Of a DNA stretch of 64,000 bases, positions 49,547-59,474 are shown piece by piece; position 1 is the first letter of the stretch; every line of letters begins with the position of its first letter. The position numbers and the translations under genes were made by a program. The notes under the pieces were generated by a model. It was given only the letters and a program-made list of their open reading frames with translations. It had not been told where the DNA came from and did no database searches. Origin of the DNA: an uncultured Campylobacter sp. GTDB taxonomy: Bacteria; Campylobacterota; Campylobacteria; Campylobacterales; Campylobacteraceae. The stretch covers positions 21,703 through 85,702 of the forward strand of contig NZ_CAKZTI010000054.1 in the NCBI RefSeq assembly GCF_937921625.1, written 5' to 3'.

Positions 49547-49745
49547 ATGAAAATACGAATCTACTACGAGGATACCGACGCAGGCAGCATAGTCATCGCG
49601 CAAACCTATATAAAATTTCACAAGCAAACACTTAGATAGATGTTTTTGATTCAAAACCCAAGCTTTTTGTAAAGACGGGCATTTTGTCGCGAGCAAGATT
49701 TGGGCTAAATTTAAAAAGCCCAGCCGTCTTGGACGACATACTAAT
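49547..49745 (+). pseudogene. Decayed YbgC-type acyl-CoA thioesterase gene
   Basis: MKIRIYYEDTDAGSIV...YIKF, then stops and frameshifts, then DGHFVASKIWAKFKKPSRLG in another frame. Confidence 0.7.
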
Positions 49746-49800
49746 AGCTGAGCTAAAAAAGATGTCTGCAACATTAACTTATCAAATTTACGAATGCTCT

Positions 49801-50592
49801 CTATTTTCTACCCGCCAGAAGCTTTGAGCTGCCTAGCATCAGCCATTTGGCTTCGCGCGAGCCCATAAAAAGCCCCTGCGTCGTGTCTATTAGCTCGAGC
49901 TGCTCATAGCCCTGCTCTTTAAGTCGTGCGATGAAAGCGTCCATGTCGCCGTAGTTTCCGCGCGAAAAAAGATCATGGATTGCGAAGCTGCCGCCCTTTT
50001 TAAGCACGCGGAGCGTCTCTAAAAGCAGCTCCTGGCGGTCCTTGCGCATGATGTTGTGATATACGTAGTTGCTTGTAACCGCATCGAAGCTGCCGTCCTC
50101 AAAGGGCAGCTGCGTGGCGTCGGCTTGCTCAAAGCTAGTGTTTTGCACCCCTTCGGCGCGCGCGTTGGATTCGCACAGCTGCTTGTTAAAAGACGCGTAC
50201 TCAAAGCCCCAGCGATCGACGCCTAGCACCGATGCCTGCGGGTTGCGCTTAGCGACGGCGATCGTTAGCGCGCCGCTGCCGCAGCCTACGTCTAGCCCCC
50301 GCCCGCCCTCGGGCAGATCCACGTATTTCGCCGTGCCCTCTACGATCGCGCGAGAAAGTTGGCGCTTGCCGCCGTAATCAAACGCGCGGTACCACACGAC
50401 GCAGTAGATCGTAAAGCCGATCAAAACCAGCGCCGCGGCGCCGAAAAGCCCAGCAAGAAACCACCTCAGCACGCCGCCAACAAAAGCGCCGCAAACGCCG
50501 AAAATCAAAAATAAAACTAGCGCTACGCCCGCACCCGCGGCAAAGCCCGCGATCATGCCCTTAGGCACCCAGTTTTTATAGTCCGGTTTCAT
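49801..50592 (-). CDS. Membrane-anchored class I SAM-dependent methyltransferase
   Basis: Two N-terminal TMs; GLDVGCGSG, LPFEDGSFDAVTSNYVYHN and LRVLKKGG. Confidence 0.9.
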   Translation of the reverse strand: MKPDYKNWVPKGMIAGFAAGAGVALVLFLIFGVCGAFVGGVLRWFLAGLFGAAALVLIGFTIYCVVWYRAFDYGGKRQLSRAIVEGTAKYVDLPEGGRGLDVGCGSGALTIAVAKRNPQASVLGVDRWGFEYASFNKQLCESNARAEGVQNTSFEQADATQLPFEDGSFDAVTSNYVYHNIMRKDRQELLLETLRVLKKGGSFAIHDLFSRGNYGDMDAFIARLKEQGYEQLELIDTTQGLFMGSREAKWLMLGSSKLLAGRK

Positions 50593-50711
50593 CTTCGCTC
50601 CTTTTATTAAATTTAATCCCGCGGCGGCAAAGCGCGCTGCGGCGAAATTTTAAATTCCGCCCATAAATTTTAAATTTCGCAGCTCAAACCTCGCTTAAAT
50701 TTAAACGCACG

Positions 50712-52784
50712 CTAATAGGTGTATTTAAACTCCGCGTAATAGTTGCGCCCTGGAGCGGGAGTATAGATGTCCGAGCGTAAATTTTGGTTGTAATTATACT
50801 CCTCGTCAAAGACGTTTTTGACTCCGGCGCTTATCAAAAATCCGCTTGCGAAGCGGTACGCAGCGCCCAGATCTACGATCGTGCGCGAGTCGATTCTATC
50901 GTGGTTGCCGTCGTGCGATGATGAGAAATATTTAAAATCGCTCATCAGCGTTAAATTTCTAATCGGCTCGTAATCGAGCCCCAAAACGAACTTCGAGCGC
51001 TCCACCAGCGGAACCTGCTTGCCTTTATTCGCGCCGGACTGGATCTTGGCGTCCACGTATGAAAAGGTCTCGCTGAGCTTTAAATTTGAAAGCAGACTTT
51101 GCTCCGCATACAGCTCCACGCCCTTGCGGCGCGTCTCGTCGATATTTATAAAATGCCAACCGTCGGTGATTGAGCTGCCCAGAGTTTCGTTTACGATCTC
51201 GTTTTTTGTATCGGTCCAAAAGATCGTAGCGCTTACGTATTGCCCGTAGATTAGATCCTTCATGCCGATCTCATAGGTTTTAAAGGTTTCGGATTTGAGG
51301 TTATTAAGCACATAAGGGCCGTTACGACCGAGCTTGTCGATAAGCTGATTAGGGGCCGGCGAGATATAGCCGCGCTCAAATTTAAAATATAGATTGCCAT
51401 CCTTGGAATAATTAAAATTCGGCGTGATCTCAAAAGCGTAGTTGTTTTTATCATCCGTTACGTGTGTGCTTTCTTGTGTGTGAAAGATGCGCCCCATCCT
51501 ACGCACCGTCGTAGAGACCTCGCGATCTACTTTGTATTCGGCGCGCTCAAACCGACCGCCCGCACTAAGCGAAAACAGATCGGTGAAATTGTGCTTTTCT
51601 AAGGCATAAACCGAGTGCGTCTGTTTTTGCATATCAAAGATCGTAAGCTGCGAACGACTAACCATAGGATTTATTACAGTATTAAAATCGATCCTACGAA
51701 AGCCCTTGTTTTTGAGATAATCATATCCCGCTATGAACTCGCCGCTGTCGTAGTCGAGCTTGCCTTTTAAATTTGCCCCCTCTTTGCGGTCTTTCATCAC
51801 AAATCCCTGCTGTATGCTCCTGATATCTTGATAATAAGGATGCAGATTCATCTCTATCCGATCACCGAATTTTACCGCGTAGCTTAGATCAAAATTTGAT
51901 CGCGTGCTTTTGGTAAAGGTCCTCTCGCCTCCCTGCTGGCGGCGATCCGCTTTAAGCTCGGCAAGACCCAGAGTAGGCACGGAATAGGTTCTAGCTTGAT
52001 AAAAGCTCGGATCAAAAGAGATGCTTTGATCGTCCGAAATTTTATAATGTATCCCGAGCGAGCCGTAGTAGCCGGTATTTTTCTCGCCCTTGCGGTATCC
52101 GCGCTGCTTAAAGCCCTTAACGGCGGTTTTTAGAAACAGATTATCGCTCACGCCTCCGCCAAGCCCTAAATTTAGATCATTGTAATTATACGACGCGATC
52201 TTGGTCGAGATATTGGCGTACGGGTATCTGGCGCCCTTTTTCGTAATGATATTTATCACGCCGCCGCTGGTGCCGCTGCCGTAAAGCACGCTACCGCCGC
52301 CGGGGATGATCTCCACGCGCTCAATATCTTCGATCGGAACTAAATCGATCGGAATGCTCGTCGGCGTCGTGTCGATCATATTGAGCGCGACTCCGTTAAG
52401 AAGGACCTTGACGGAGGTATTTGCCTTCTGTCCCTGCCCGCGCAGATCGACAGTATCGCCGTGAAAGCTAACCCCCGGCGCCTTTTCTAAAATTTCGCGC
52501 AGATCGCGGTAACCGCGGTTTTCCATATCCTCCGCGGTGGTGACCGAGACGTTGCGAACCTCGTTTTTAAGCATATCTTCAAAGCCCGTTGCGGTAACTA
52601 CGATGGTACCCAGCTTCGTGGCGTTCGCGCCGGAAGCGTTTTTAGGAGCTGCGGAATTTACCGCTTGCGCGCTAGGCACGCCGATATTTGCGGACGTAGC
52701 GTTGTTTTCGGCTCCGTTTAGTTGTAAGGTGGCGCACAAACTTAGCGCGATCGCGGCATTTGAAAGATAAAATTTCTTAAACAT
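50712..52784 (-). CDS. TonB-dependent receptor
   Basis: TIVVTATG; IERVEIIPGGGSVLYGSGTSGGVINIITK; C-terminal PGRNYYAEFKYTY. Confidence 0.93.
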   Translation of the reverse strand: MFKKFYLSNAAIALSLCATLQLNGAENNATSANIGVPSAQAVNSAAPKNASGANATKLGTIVVTATGFEDMLKNEVRNVSVTTAEDMENRGYRDLREILEKAPGVSFHGDTVDLRGQGQKANTSVKVLLNGVALNMIDTTPTSIPIDLVPIEDIERVEIIPGGGSVLYGSGTSGGVINIITKKGARYPYANISTKIASYNYNDLNLGLGGGVSDNLFLKTAVKGFKQRGYRKGEKNTGYYGSLGIHYKISDDQSISFDPSFYQARTYSVPTLGLAELKADRRQQGGERTFTKSTRSNFDLSYAVKFGDRIEMNLHPYYQDIRSIQQGFVMKDRKEGANLKGKLDYDSGEFIAGYDYLKNKGFRRIDFNTVINPMVSRSQLTIFDMQKQTHSVYALEKHNFTDLFSLSAGGRFERAEYKVDREVSTTVRRMGRIFHTQESTHVTDDKNNYAFEITPNFNYSKDGNLYFKFERGYISPAPNQLIDKLGRNGPYVLNNLKSETFKTYEIGMKDLIYGQYVSATIFWTDTKNEIVNETLGSSITDGWHFINIDETRRKGVELYAEQSLLSNLKLSETFSYVDAKIQSGANKGKQVPLVERSKFVLGLDYEPIRNLTLMSDFKYFSSSHDGNHDRIDSRTIVDLGAAYRFASGFLISAGVKNVFDEEYNYNQNLRSDIYTPAPGRNYYAEFKYTY

Positions 52785-53039
52785 TACTCTCCCCTATTCA
52801 AAATTAGGATTTTGCGAATGATTTGCAAATGCTATATTATAATTTCTCTTGATTAAATAATAATAAATTTCAAAGATTAAAGATAGATTTTTAAAAATTT
52901 TGGCGGAAATTGGATGAAATTTTGATCTTGAGCATTTTACGTGGCGCGGTAAAATGTCGGTTTTAAATTTAGCTTCTTTAGCGACGTTTGTTTTTAAAAC
53001 GGTAAATTTGCGAAGCGAATCTAGCCGGAATTTTAAAAT

Positions 53040-53528
53040 TTAGACCTTACACCCGCCTGCTTTACCAAATTTTGCCTCGATCAAAAGCACCAAGATGAAG
53101 AAAATTTTTTCGTCGTTAAACTTCGCAAGCTCGCGCAGGCCTTGATCTGCGCTTACAAGCTTGATGCCGTTTGATTTCAAAATCTCAGCGAGCTCGTCCG
53201 GCTCAAAGCCCATTTTATTAGCGATTTCTCTGATATTATAGCGCTCGATCGCGCCGATTATGCGATCCATATTACAAAAGCCGGGATTTTTGCGGCTCAA
53301 AACCACGTCCAAAAACTCGCTCCAGAGCTTTACGAGCTTCTTTCGCCTTGTGATTATATGCAAGATCGCGACGCAAAGCAGGCCAAATCCCGCGATCTTA
53401 TGCAGGCTCATCCATGCTTCGTCGTATTCGCCGCGCGCAAAGTAGGCGCCCGAAAAGCCTAAAATGCAAAGCGCGCAGCCTAGCAACACGATGAGCGCAA
53501 ATTTATAAACAATCCCCGCTTTAAGCAT
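53040..53528 (-). CDS. Small membrane protein with TM histidines (DUF4405-like) and a soluble C-terminal domain
   Basis: W.SLHKIAG and ILHII within hydrophobic helices; AAGGAG RBS. Confidence 0.55.
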   Translation of the reverse strand: MLKAGIVYKFALIVLLGCALCILGFSGAYFARGEYDEAWMSLHKIAGFGLLCVAILHIITRRKKLVKLWSEFLDVVLSRKNPGFCNMDRIIGAIERYNIREIANKMGFEPDELAEILKSNGIKLVSADQGLRELAKFNDEKIFFILVLLIEAKFGKAGGCKV

Positions 53529-54386
53529 AAAATCTCCTTGCTTCGTTTTAAAATTTGGCGGCTTAGGCGTAGCGCCCGCGAACGCTACGGCGGCGCTACG
53601 TCTCGTCGGTCGCCGCTATCGTATTGCCTCGGCGTTATTGCGCCGCCCACACTGCTGCTTCACTTATACGCTCCGTCGCCATCATCGTATCGCGCGTTTG
53701 CGCTACTTGCACTGCGCTTTCCCTACATACGCATCCTGTCAATCGCGGTTGCCATATTGCGGCATTTTATGCTGTCGCCGCCGCAATCGCGCCGCGCCCT
53801 TGTGCTGCCGATCCGCCGTCACGGCCGCGCTGCTCGCTTCGATCGTAGCACCGTTACGATGATGATTTGCCCGAGCGAAGGTTATGTCATACGGCGCCGA
53901 GTAGGTACGTATTGCCGCTCCGCTTCTCGACTACGGCGTGCCGTCTGCGCCGCCGATGTGTTACGCGCCATCCGACGCGCTACCGATTTATCGCTACGCC
54001 CGCGCATCGCGCCGCTGCCGTAGCCCGTTCATTTAGCACGCCGTTACGCTACCGATCGAGGCTCGGTCTAAAATTTTATTTAGGCGCCGTCTTCTTGGCG
54101 GATCATTTCGCGTTTAAATTTTACTGACTTAAATTTTCGCACAGAACGTGATCGCACGCCAGCTATCGATTTCCAAGCCACTTGTCACGCCGTAGTGCTT
54201 GCCTGCTGCCGACTGCGTGCGAGCGCCTAGCCGTACGGGTGCCGATGCCCATGTATGCGAGAACTTAGCGTCTAGGCTAAATTTTATCGCCGCTTAATAT
54301 AAATGAGTAATTTTAATAAATCTGGATTTAAAAAGATATGAATTTAAAGGCGAAATCCATGCCGCGTGAAATTTAAACGGCCGAAT

Positions 54387-56289
54387 TTAAAGCTCTATAG
54401 TCCGCTCAAATATGTCCTCAAGCCCCGTTTGATGCACGATCGCTAGCATGCCGAGGCTCGGCAGATCCGTACGCAGACCCAGTAGCAGCTCGCGCGCCGA
54501 GGCGAGATCGAGCGCGGACGTGATCTCGTCTGCGAAAACAAAGCTCGGCTTGTGGTAATGAATACGTGCGAAACTAAGCCGCTGCGCCTCCCCGCCGCTT
54601 AAAATTTTAACGTAATTGGCGCGCGAGTTTAGCATGCAGGCAAATTTTTTAAGCCCTACGCGGCGTAAAATTTCTAAAAATTCCGCGTCGTCTGCGCGCG
54701 GCGGCTGCGGATAAGCGATAAGCTCTTTTAGGCTAAGCGGCGCTAGATAGGGCTTTTGCGGGATAAACATCACGCCCGTATGCGGCAGGCTGATCTCACC
54801 GCGGCCGTATCTCCAAAGACCCGCCGCGTAGCGCAGAGCCGTGCTTTTGCCCGCGCCGCTCTTGCCTCGTAGCATTATAAACTGCGCGGGCGCAAGCTCG
54901 AAGCGTAGATCCTCGATCAGCGGCTCGCCCGCAGGCGTGAAGACCGACAAGCCCTCGCAACGAGCGGAATTTTCGTCGCTTTGTTTGACGCAAGTACGCA
55001 GATTTGCGCTCTCGCCGTCCATGCGCGAAATGAACTCATAGATCCTCTGCACGCTCGCCGCCCACTCCATGATCTGCTTATAGTAGTCCATAAACCACGC
55101 AAATCCGTCCTGCACGCTGTAAAACGCCGAGCGCGCCTGCATCATGTCGCCAAAGCTCATCGCGCGCGACAAATACAGCGGCAAGCAGGCAAAGATCGGG
55201 ATTAAATTCGTGATTTTTAGGTAGCTTGCTGAAAAGCATTCGAGGCGAAATTCCGTATTCATGATACTGCGCCAGTTTCTCATGATCTCGCCGAAGCTCG
55301 CGCGAAAGCGGCCGCGCTCGGCATCCTCTCCGCGCATAAAGGCTACTGCTTCTGCGTTTTCGCGCACGAGCAGCAGATCCGAGCGGTAGTCGGCTTCGGC
55401 GCGCTGCTTGGCAAAATTTAGCCCCCTAAGCCTGCGCCCGATGAGATGCGTAATCAGCGAGCAAATTAGCGTATAAAGGAGCGCTACGTAGAGCAAAAAG
55501 CCTTCGATCTCAAAGCGCATGCCGAAAATTTCAAATTTCAATACCTTCGAGACCTGCCACAAGATCGCAACGAAGGCGATGAGCTTGGCGAGATTATAGA
55601 CGAGCGATTTTACGAGATCGACGCTTTTTTGCACGAGCAGCAGGCTGTCCTCGGCGATACGCTGATCGGGGTTGTCTAGCTTTGCGATCGTTTTTGAAAT
55701 TTCACAATCTGCGCGAGTTTTGGATGAAATTTTATTCTCGCTTGCGCCGCTTTGCCCTGCTGCATTTTGCTCCGCCGTGCTCGGTAAAATTTTCAAGCCC
55801 CTTTACGTCTCCATGCAAAGCCGCGCTATCCGCTTCGGCTGCGGAATACTCTGCGCGCTCGTTTAAATTTTCATCTAAATTTGCGTCGCCAGGTTTTTCT
55901 AAATTTGATCCGCCCCTGGCGCTAAAATTCCTCCCAAGGCTCGTGCGGTAGAAGTTGGCGTTATGTAGCCATTTGCGCTCCATCATCGCGCTTAGCCGCT
56001 CGCGCCAGACGATTACAAGCAGTTTACGAAGCCAGTTGCCGCAGACGATGAAAAGCACGATGAGCGCCGTGTAGAGCAAAAACTCGCCCACGAGCGCGGG
56101 GATCAGCTCGCCTTTAAGCTCGCTTAGCGCGTCGTAAAAGCGCTTATCCCACGCGTTCATCAGCACGCTGATTTTGATGATAGCGAGACTAAAACCAAGC
56201 GCGAGCAGCAGCAGCGCCCACAGCTTCGCCGCCCCCTCGCCGAACCAGTGCGGACGTAGAATTTCAAAAAATTGCTTTAGCGTTTTCAA
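54387..56289 (-). pseudogene. ABCD/YddA (SbmA/BacA-like) ABC transporter split by a frameshift inside an insertion
   Basis: N-part 56289-55732 (NAWDKRFYDAL, WRERL, NFYR); C-part 55796-54387 (LDNPDQRIAED, EADYR, RENAE, GKSGAGKST, LSGGEAQR, DEITSALD). Confidence 0.8.
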
Positions 56290-56335
56290 ATTTTCTCTTT
56301 AAATTTTAAAATTTAGCGCCGGTTACAGCGAGATC

Positions 56336-56391
56336 GCGGGATTAAATTTGATCCCGCAGACTCGCGAGCGAATTTTATGCTCGCAAGTCTG
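56336..56391. repeat. Two adjacent hairpins, each with RAATTY in the loop
   Basis: GCGGGAT-TAAATTTG-ATCCCGC and CAGACTCGCGAGC-GAATTTTAT-GCTCGCAAGTCTG. Confidence 0.7.
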
Positions 56392-56671
56392 TGCGTTTAA
56401 TTCGCTTGGAATTTCGCGAAATTAAATTTATCGCCCCTGCCCGCGATCGCCCGCACTAATCAATCGCTAATCAACCAAATCGCGAGCTAAATTTTAATCC
56501 CGCGGCTTCGTTTAAATTTTACCCGCCTCGCTATGTGCTACTTGCGACAAAGCTTAGCCTCGCGCCTCTGTGCCCGCTTCATCCGCGCTCTTATAAAGCG
56601 CGGAATTTATCCAAGGCCGCGTGCGAGTTCGGTCAGTCCGAGTTCGCATAAGCGCAAAATTCCATCCGCAC

Positions 56672-59176
56672 CTAATACGTATAATTTAACGTCAACATAA
56701 AATTCCGCGGCTCGCCGTAGTAATTATTCATCCCCGCGACGCGATTTTGCGTATTTTGAAAATACTTCTTATCCGTGATGTTTTTGACCGCAAAATTTAC
56801 GCTAAAGTGCTTGTCAAAATGATAGCCGACATTTGCGTCCCACAGCGCGTAAGCCTTCTGCTCGGGAGCTACGTAATTTACGTTTTGATAGAATCCCGAC
56901 GTGGCGCTTTGGTATCGCATACCGACGCCAAATATCAGCTTGCGCTGAGCGGAAAATGGAATTTCGTAATTCGTATAAATTTTAAAAAGATGCTTCGGAA
57001 TATATTTTTTCGCATTGGCGCCCTTGCTATAATCGACCGTCGTAGAATTCGCCTTCTCGCTTTTTAGATATTCGCTGCGATTAAACGTATAGCCCGCAAA
57101 CACTTTCCAACTATCCGTTATCTCTCCTTGCGCCTCTACATCGACGCCTCTGCTTCGCACCTTGCCCTCGGCGATAGAGTAATTCGTATTTAGCGGATCT
57201 TGAATAGCTCTATTTTCTTGGATTATCTGAAATAGCGCAATGCTGGTATTTAACGCGCCTTCAAAATACTCGCCCTTTACGCCGGTTTCTACGTTGTATC
57301 CAACTACGGGATCTAATATCTCACCGTTTCTGTCGGTAGAACTTTGCGGTTTAAAAATTTCCGCATAGCTTACATACCAGCTGTGATTTTGCGTAAAATC
57401 CCACGTTAGCCCCGCATACGGCGCAAAATGTACTTTCGTAGGTCTGTCTCGCTTGCCGGTCTCGTTCGGATAGATATAGTCTTTCAGATAGGCGTTATAT
57501 TTTACTCTGGAATATCGTCCGCCCAATAATATATGCCAATCCTCGCTGAGATTGTATCTGGTGCCTAGGCTAATAGCAGATTGATAAATTCTATTGTATT
57601 GCGTATAATCCTGGGCAAGGCTGCTTCGATTGTTCCAATCAGGCTCTAGGATCAAGTCTTTGTTCCAGTTGTAAATACCCATTCCAAGCGAGTTTAGAGT
57701 TAAATTTGTCGGATATTTTCTATTGTTGCTAAATTTTTCTCTCGATGCCGAGCCGTCTATAAAGAATTCGTGTTTGTTGCCGAAAAGCTCATACTTACCT
57801 TCGAGCCCGATTTTTGCGGCGACCTCTTTGGAGGTATTTTCATATTTTTGTCTCCTTACATTATGCGACGTAGTGCCGTTATAAGGATTTACTCCGCCTA
57901 GGGAGCCAAATTTAAACATACCTTTGCTATCGGTATAATTCACTTTCACGTAGGCTTTCGTATCGTCGCTCAATTCATGGCTTAGCTCGGTAAAGGCGTT
58001 GTATTTTCTATACTCGCTTCTATCCCAATTCGAGCCGAAATAGCTTTTGCGGCTTAAATTTAAAAGATTTCCCCGCTCGTCTATAACCGGAACGCCGAAA
58101 ACATCATAAACGCCTCTTGATTTTTGATAGATCACGCCCGTGCTTAGCAAAGTCTTCTCACCGATGTCAAAGTCAAATAATCCACCCACCGCGCTGCGCC
58201 AGCCGTTAGCGTAATGTTTGTAAGCGCCCTCTTTGCCTGCTACGCCGATCAAGCGTCCGCGCACGGTGCCGCTTTGATTTATCGCATCCGTTACGTCGAT
58301 CATGCTACGGTAATTATCCCGACTTCCGCCGCTTAGGCTTGCGTTAAAACCAAATTCATCGCTAGGGCGCTTACGAACTAAATTTACCGTACCGCCGGGC
58401 TCGCCGTTGCTTTGAGTAAGCCCCGCTACACCGCGCAAAACCTCGACGCGGTCGTAAAAAGCAAGATCGGTAAATTCTTTTGAAAAGCCCAAAGGACCTT
58501 GCACAGAGGAGGAAACCGAGCTAATCATTCCGTCTTCTTGGATATTATCTATATCAAATCCGCGCGAGTTTATACGCATTCTGCCGCTGTCGTTACGCAG
58601 CGTAATCCCCGGAGTATAGCGTAGCGCGCTATCTACGTTGTTTAAATTTAGATCCTTTATCACTTGATTCGATACGACCGATACCGACTGCGGCGTCTCT
58701 CTTATGCTTAAATTTAGCCCCGTCGCGGTACTCATATTGCCCGTCGTATAAGAGCCGGTGCCCTCGGTAGTGGACAGATCGGCCTTACCCGTGACGTTTA
58801 TGGTGCCAAGGTTATCGCCGTCTGAGCTCCGCGGCGTAGAATTTGCTGCGCTATTGCTTTGCGACGTGGAATTTTGTGCAACGCCTTTAGTAGCGGGGCT
58901 TACGACGGCGTTGCCCTGCGGCGCGGAATTTACGGTGGTAGGGTTTCGAGGATTTTGCGTAGAGCTTTTCGGCGCCGCATTATTGGCGGCGAAATTTGAA
59001 GCAGACGGCGCGGAGCTCCGTGATACGGCGGCTGCATGTGAGCTTTGCGACGACGAAATTTTAGAGGTGGAGCTCGCGACGGACGAGTTTTGAGAAGCGC
59101 CGCTATTTTGCGCCACAGTAAGCCAAAACGGCGAGCAAAGTAGCGCCAAAGAGAGTAAAATTTTACCCTTTTTCAT
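56672..59176 (-). CDS. TonB-dependent siderophore receptor (FhuE/FpvA-like)
   Basis: TATGLNLSIRETPQSVSVV, DRVEVLRG.AGL....GEPGGTVNLVRKRP and YGEPRNFMLTLNYTY; S/N/Q-rich linker after the signal peptide. Confidence 0.93.
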   Translation of the reverse strand: MKKGKILLSLALLCSPFWLTVAQNSGASQNSSVASSTSKISSSQSSHAAAVSRSSAPSASNFAANNAAPKSSTQNPRNPTTVNSAPQGNAVVSPATKGVAQNSTSQSNSAANSTPRSSDGDNLGTINVTGKADLSTTEGTGSYTTGNMSTATGLNLSIRETPQSVSVVSNQVIKDLNLNNVDSALRYTPGITLRNDSGRMRINSRGFDIDNIQEDGMISSVSSSVQGPLGFSKEFTDLAFYDRVEVLRGVAGLTQSNGEPGGTVNLVRKRPSDEFGFNASLSGGSRDNYRSMIDVTDAINQSGTVRGRLIGVAGKEGAYKHYANGWRSAVGGLFDFDIGEKTLLSTGVIYQKSRGVYDVFGVPVIDERGNLLNLSRKSYFGSNWDRSEYRKYNAFTELSHELSDDTKAYVKVNYTDSKGMFKFGSLGGVNPYNGTTSHNVRRQKYENTSKEVAAKIGLEGKYELFGNKHEFFIDGSASREKFSNNRKYPTNLTLNSLGMGIYNWNKDLILEPDWNNRSSLAQDYTQYNRIYQSAISLGTRYNLSEDWHILLGGRYSRVKYNAYLKDYIYPNETGKRDRPTKVHFAPYAGLTWDFTQNHSWYVSYAEIFKPQSSTDRNGEILDPVVGYNVETGVKGEYFEGALNTSIALFQIIQENRAIQDPLNTNYSIAEGKVRSRGVDVEAQGEITDSWKVFAGYTFNRSEYLKSEKANSTTVDYSKGANAKKYIPKHLFKIYTNYEIPFSAQRKLIFGVGMRYQSATSGFYQNVNYVAPEQKAYALWDANVGYHFDKHFSVNFAVKNITDKKYFQNTQNRVAGMNNYYGEPRNFMLTLNYTY

Positions 59177-59194
59177 AAAAATCCTTTTTAGATT

Positions 59195-59209
59195 TTATAA
59201 TCCATATCA
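59195..59209. promoter_or_regulatory. Candidate Fur box upstream of the siderophore receptor
   Basis: Minus strand reads TGATATG-G-ATTATAA, 11/14 to the 7-1-7 consensus. Confidence 0.45.
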
Positions 59210-59474
59210 ATTTACTGGCGGGATTATCTTACAATTCCTCTTAAATAATAATAAAATTTTTAATAAACTAAATCATAAAATTTTATATGCAATTACTAAT
59301 TTAACGGAATTTAATAAGATCTATTGACGAATTTTTAAGAAAAATTTATATGGATTTTAAAAAGTATATGAATTTGAGAAGCAAAGGATTTAAGAATTTT
59401 AAATTCTAAAATTCCGCCGCTTTAAAATAACGTAAGCGACGGAATTTGGCGTTTATCGGTGTTTGGTCTTGCGA

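Noticed and set aside
52785..53039. Cobalamin riboswitch upstream of TonB receptors
   Set aside because: No B12-box or GC-rich conserved core is visible upstream of any of the three receptors.
53538..54023. 161-aa plus-strand ORF
   Set aside because: Arg-rich, no RBS or motif, and several frames are open because the GC-rich DNA has few stop codons.
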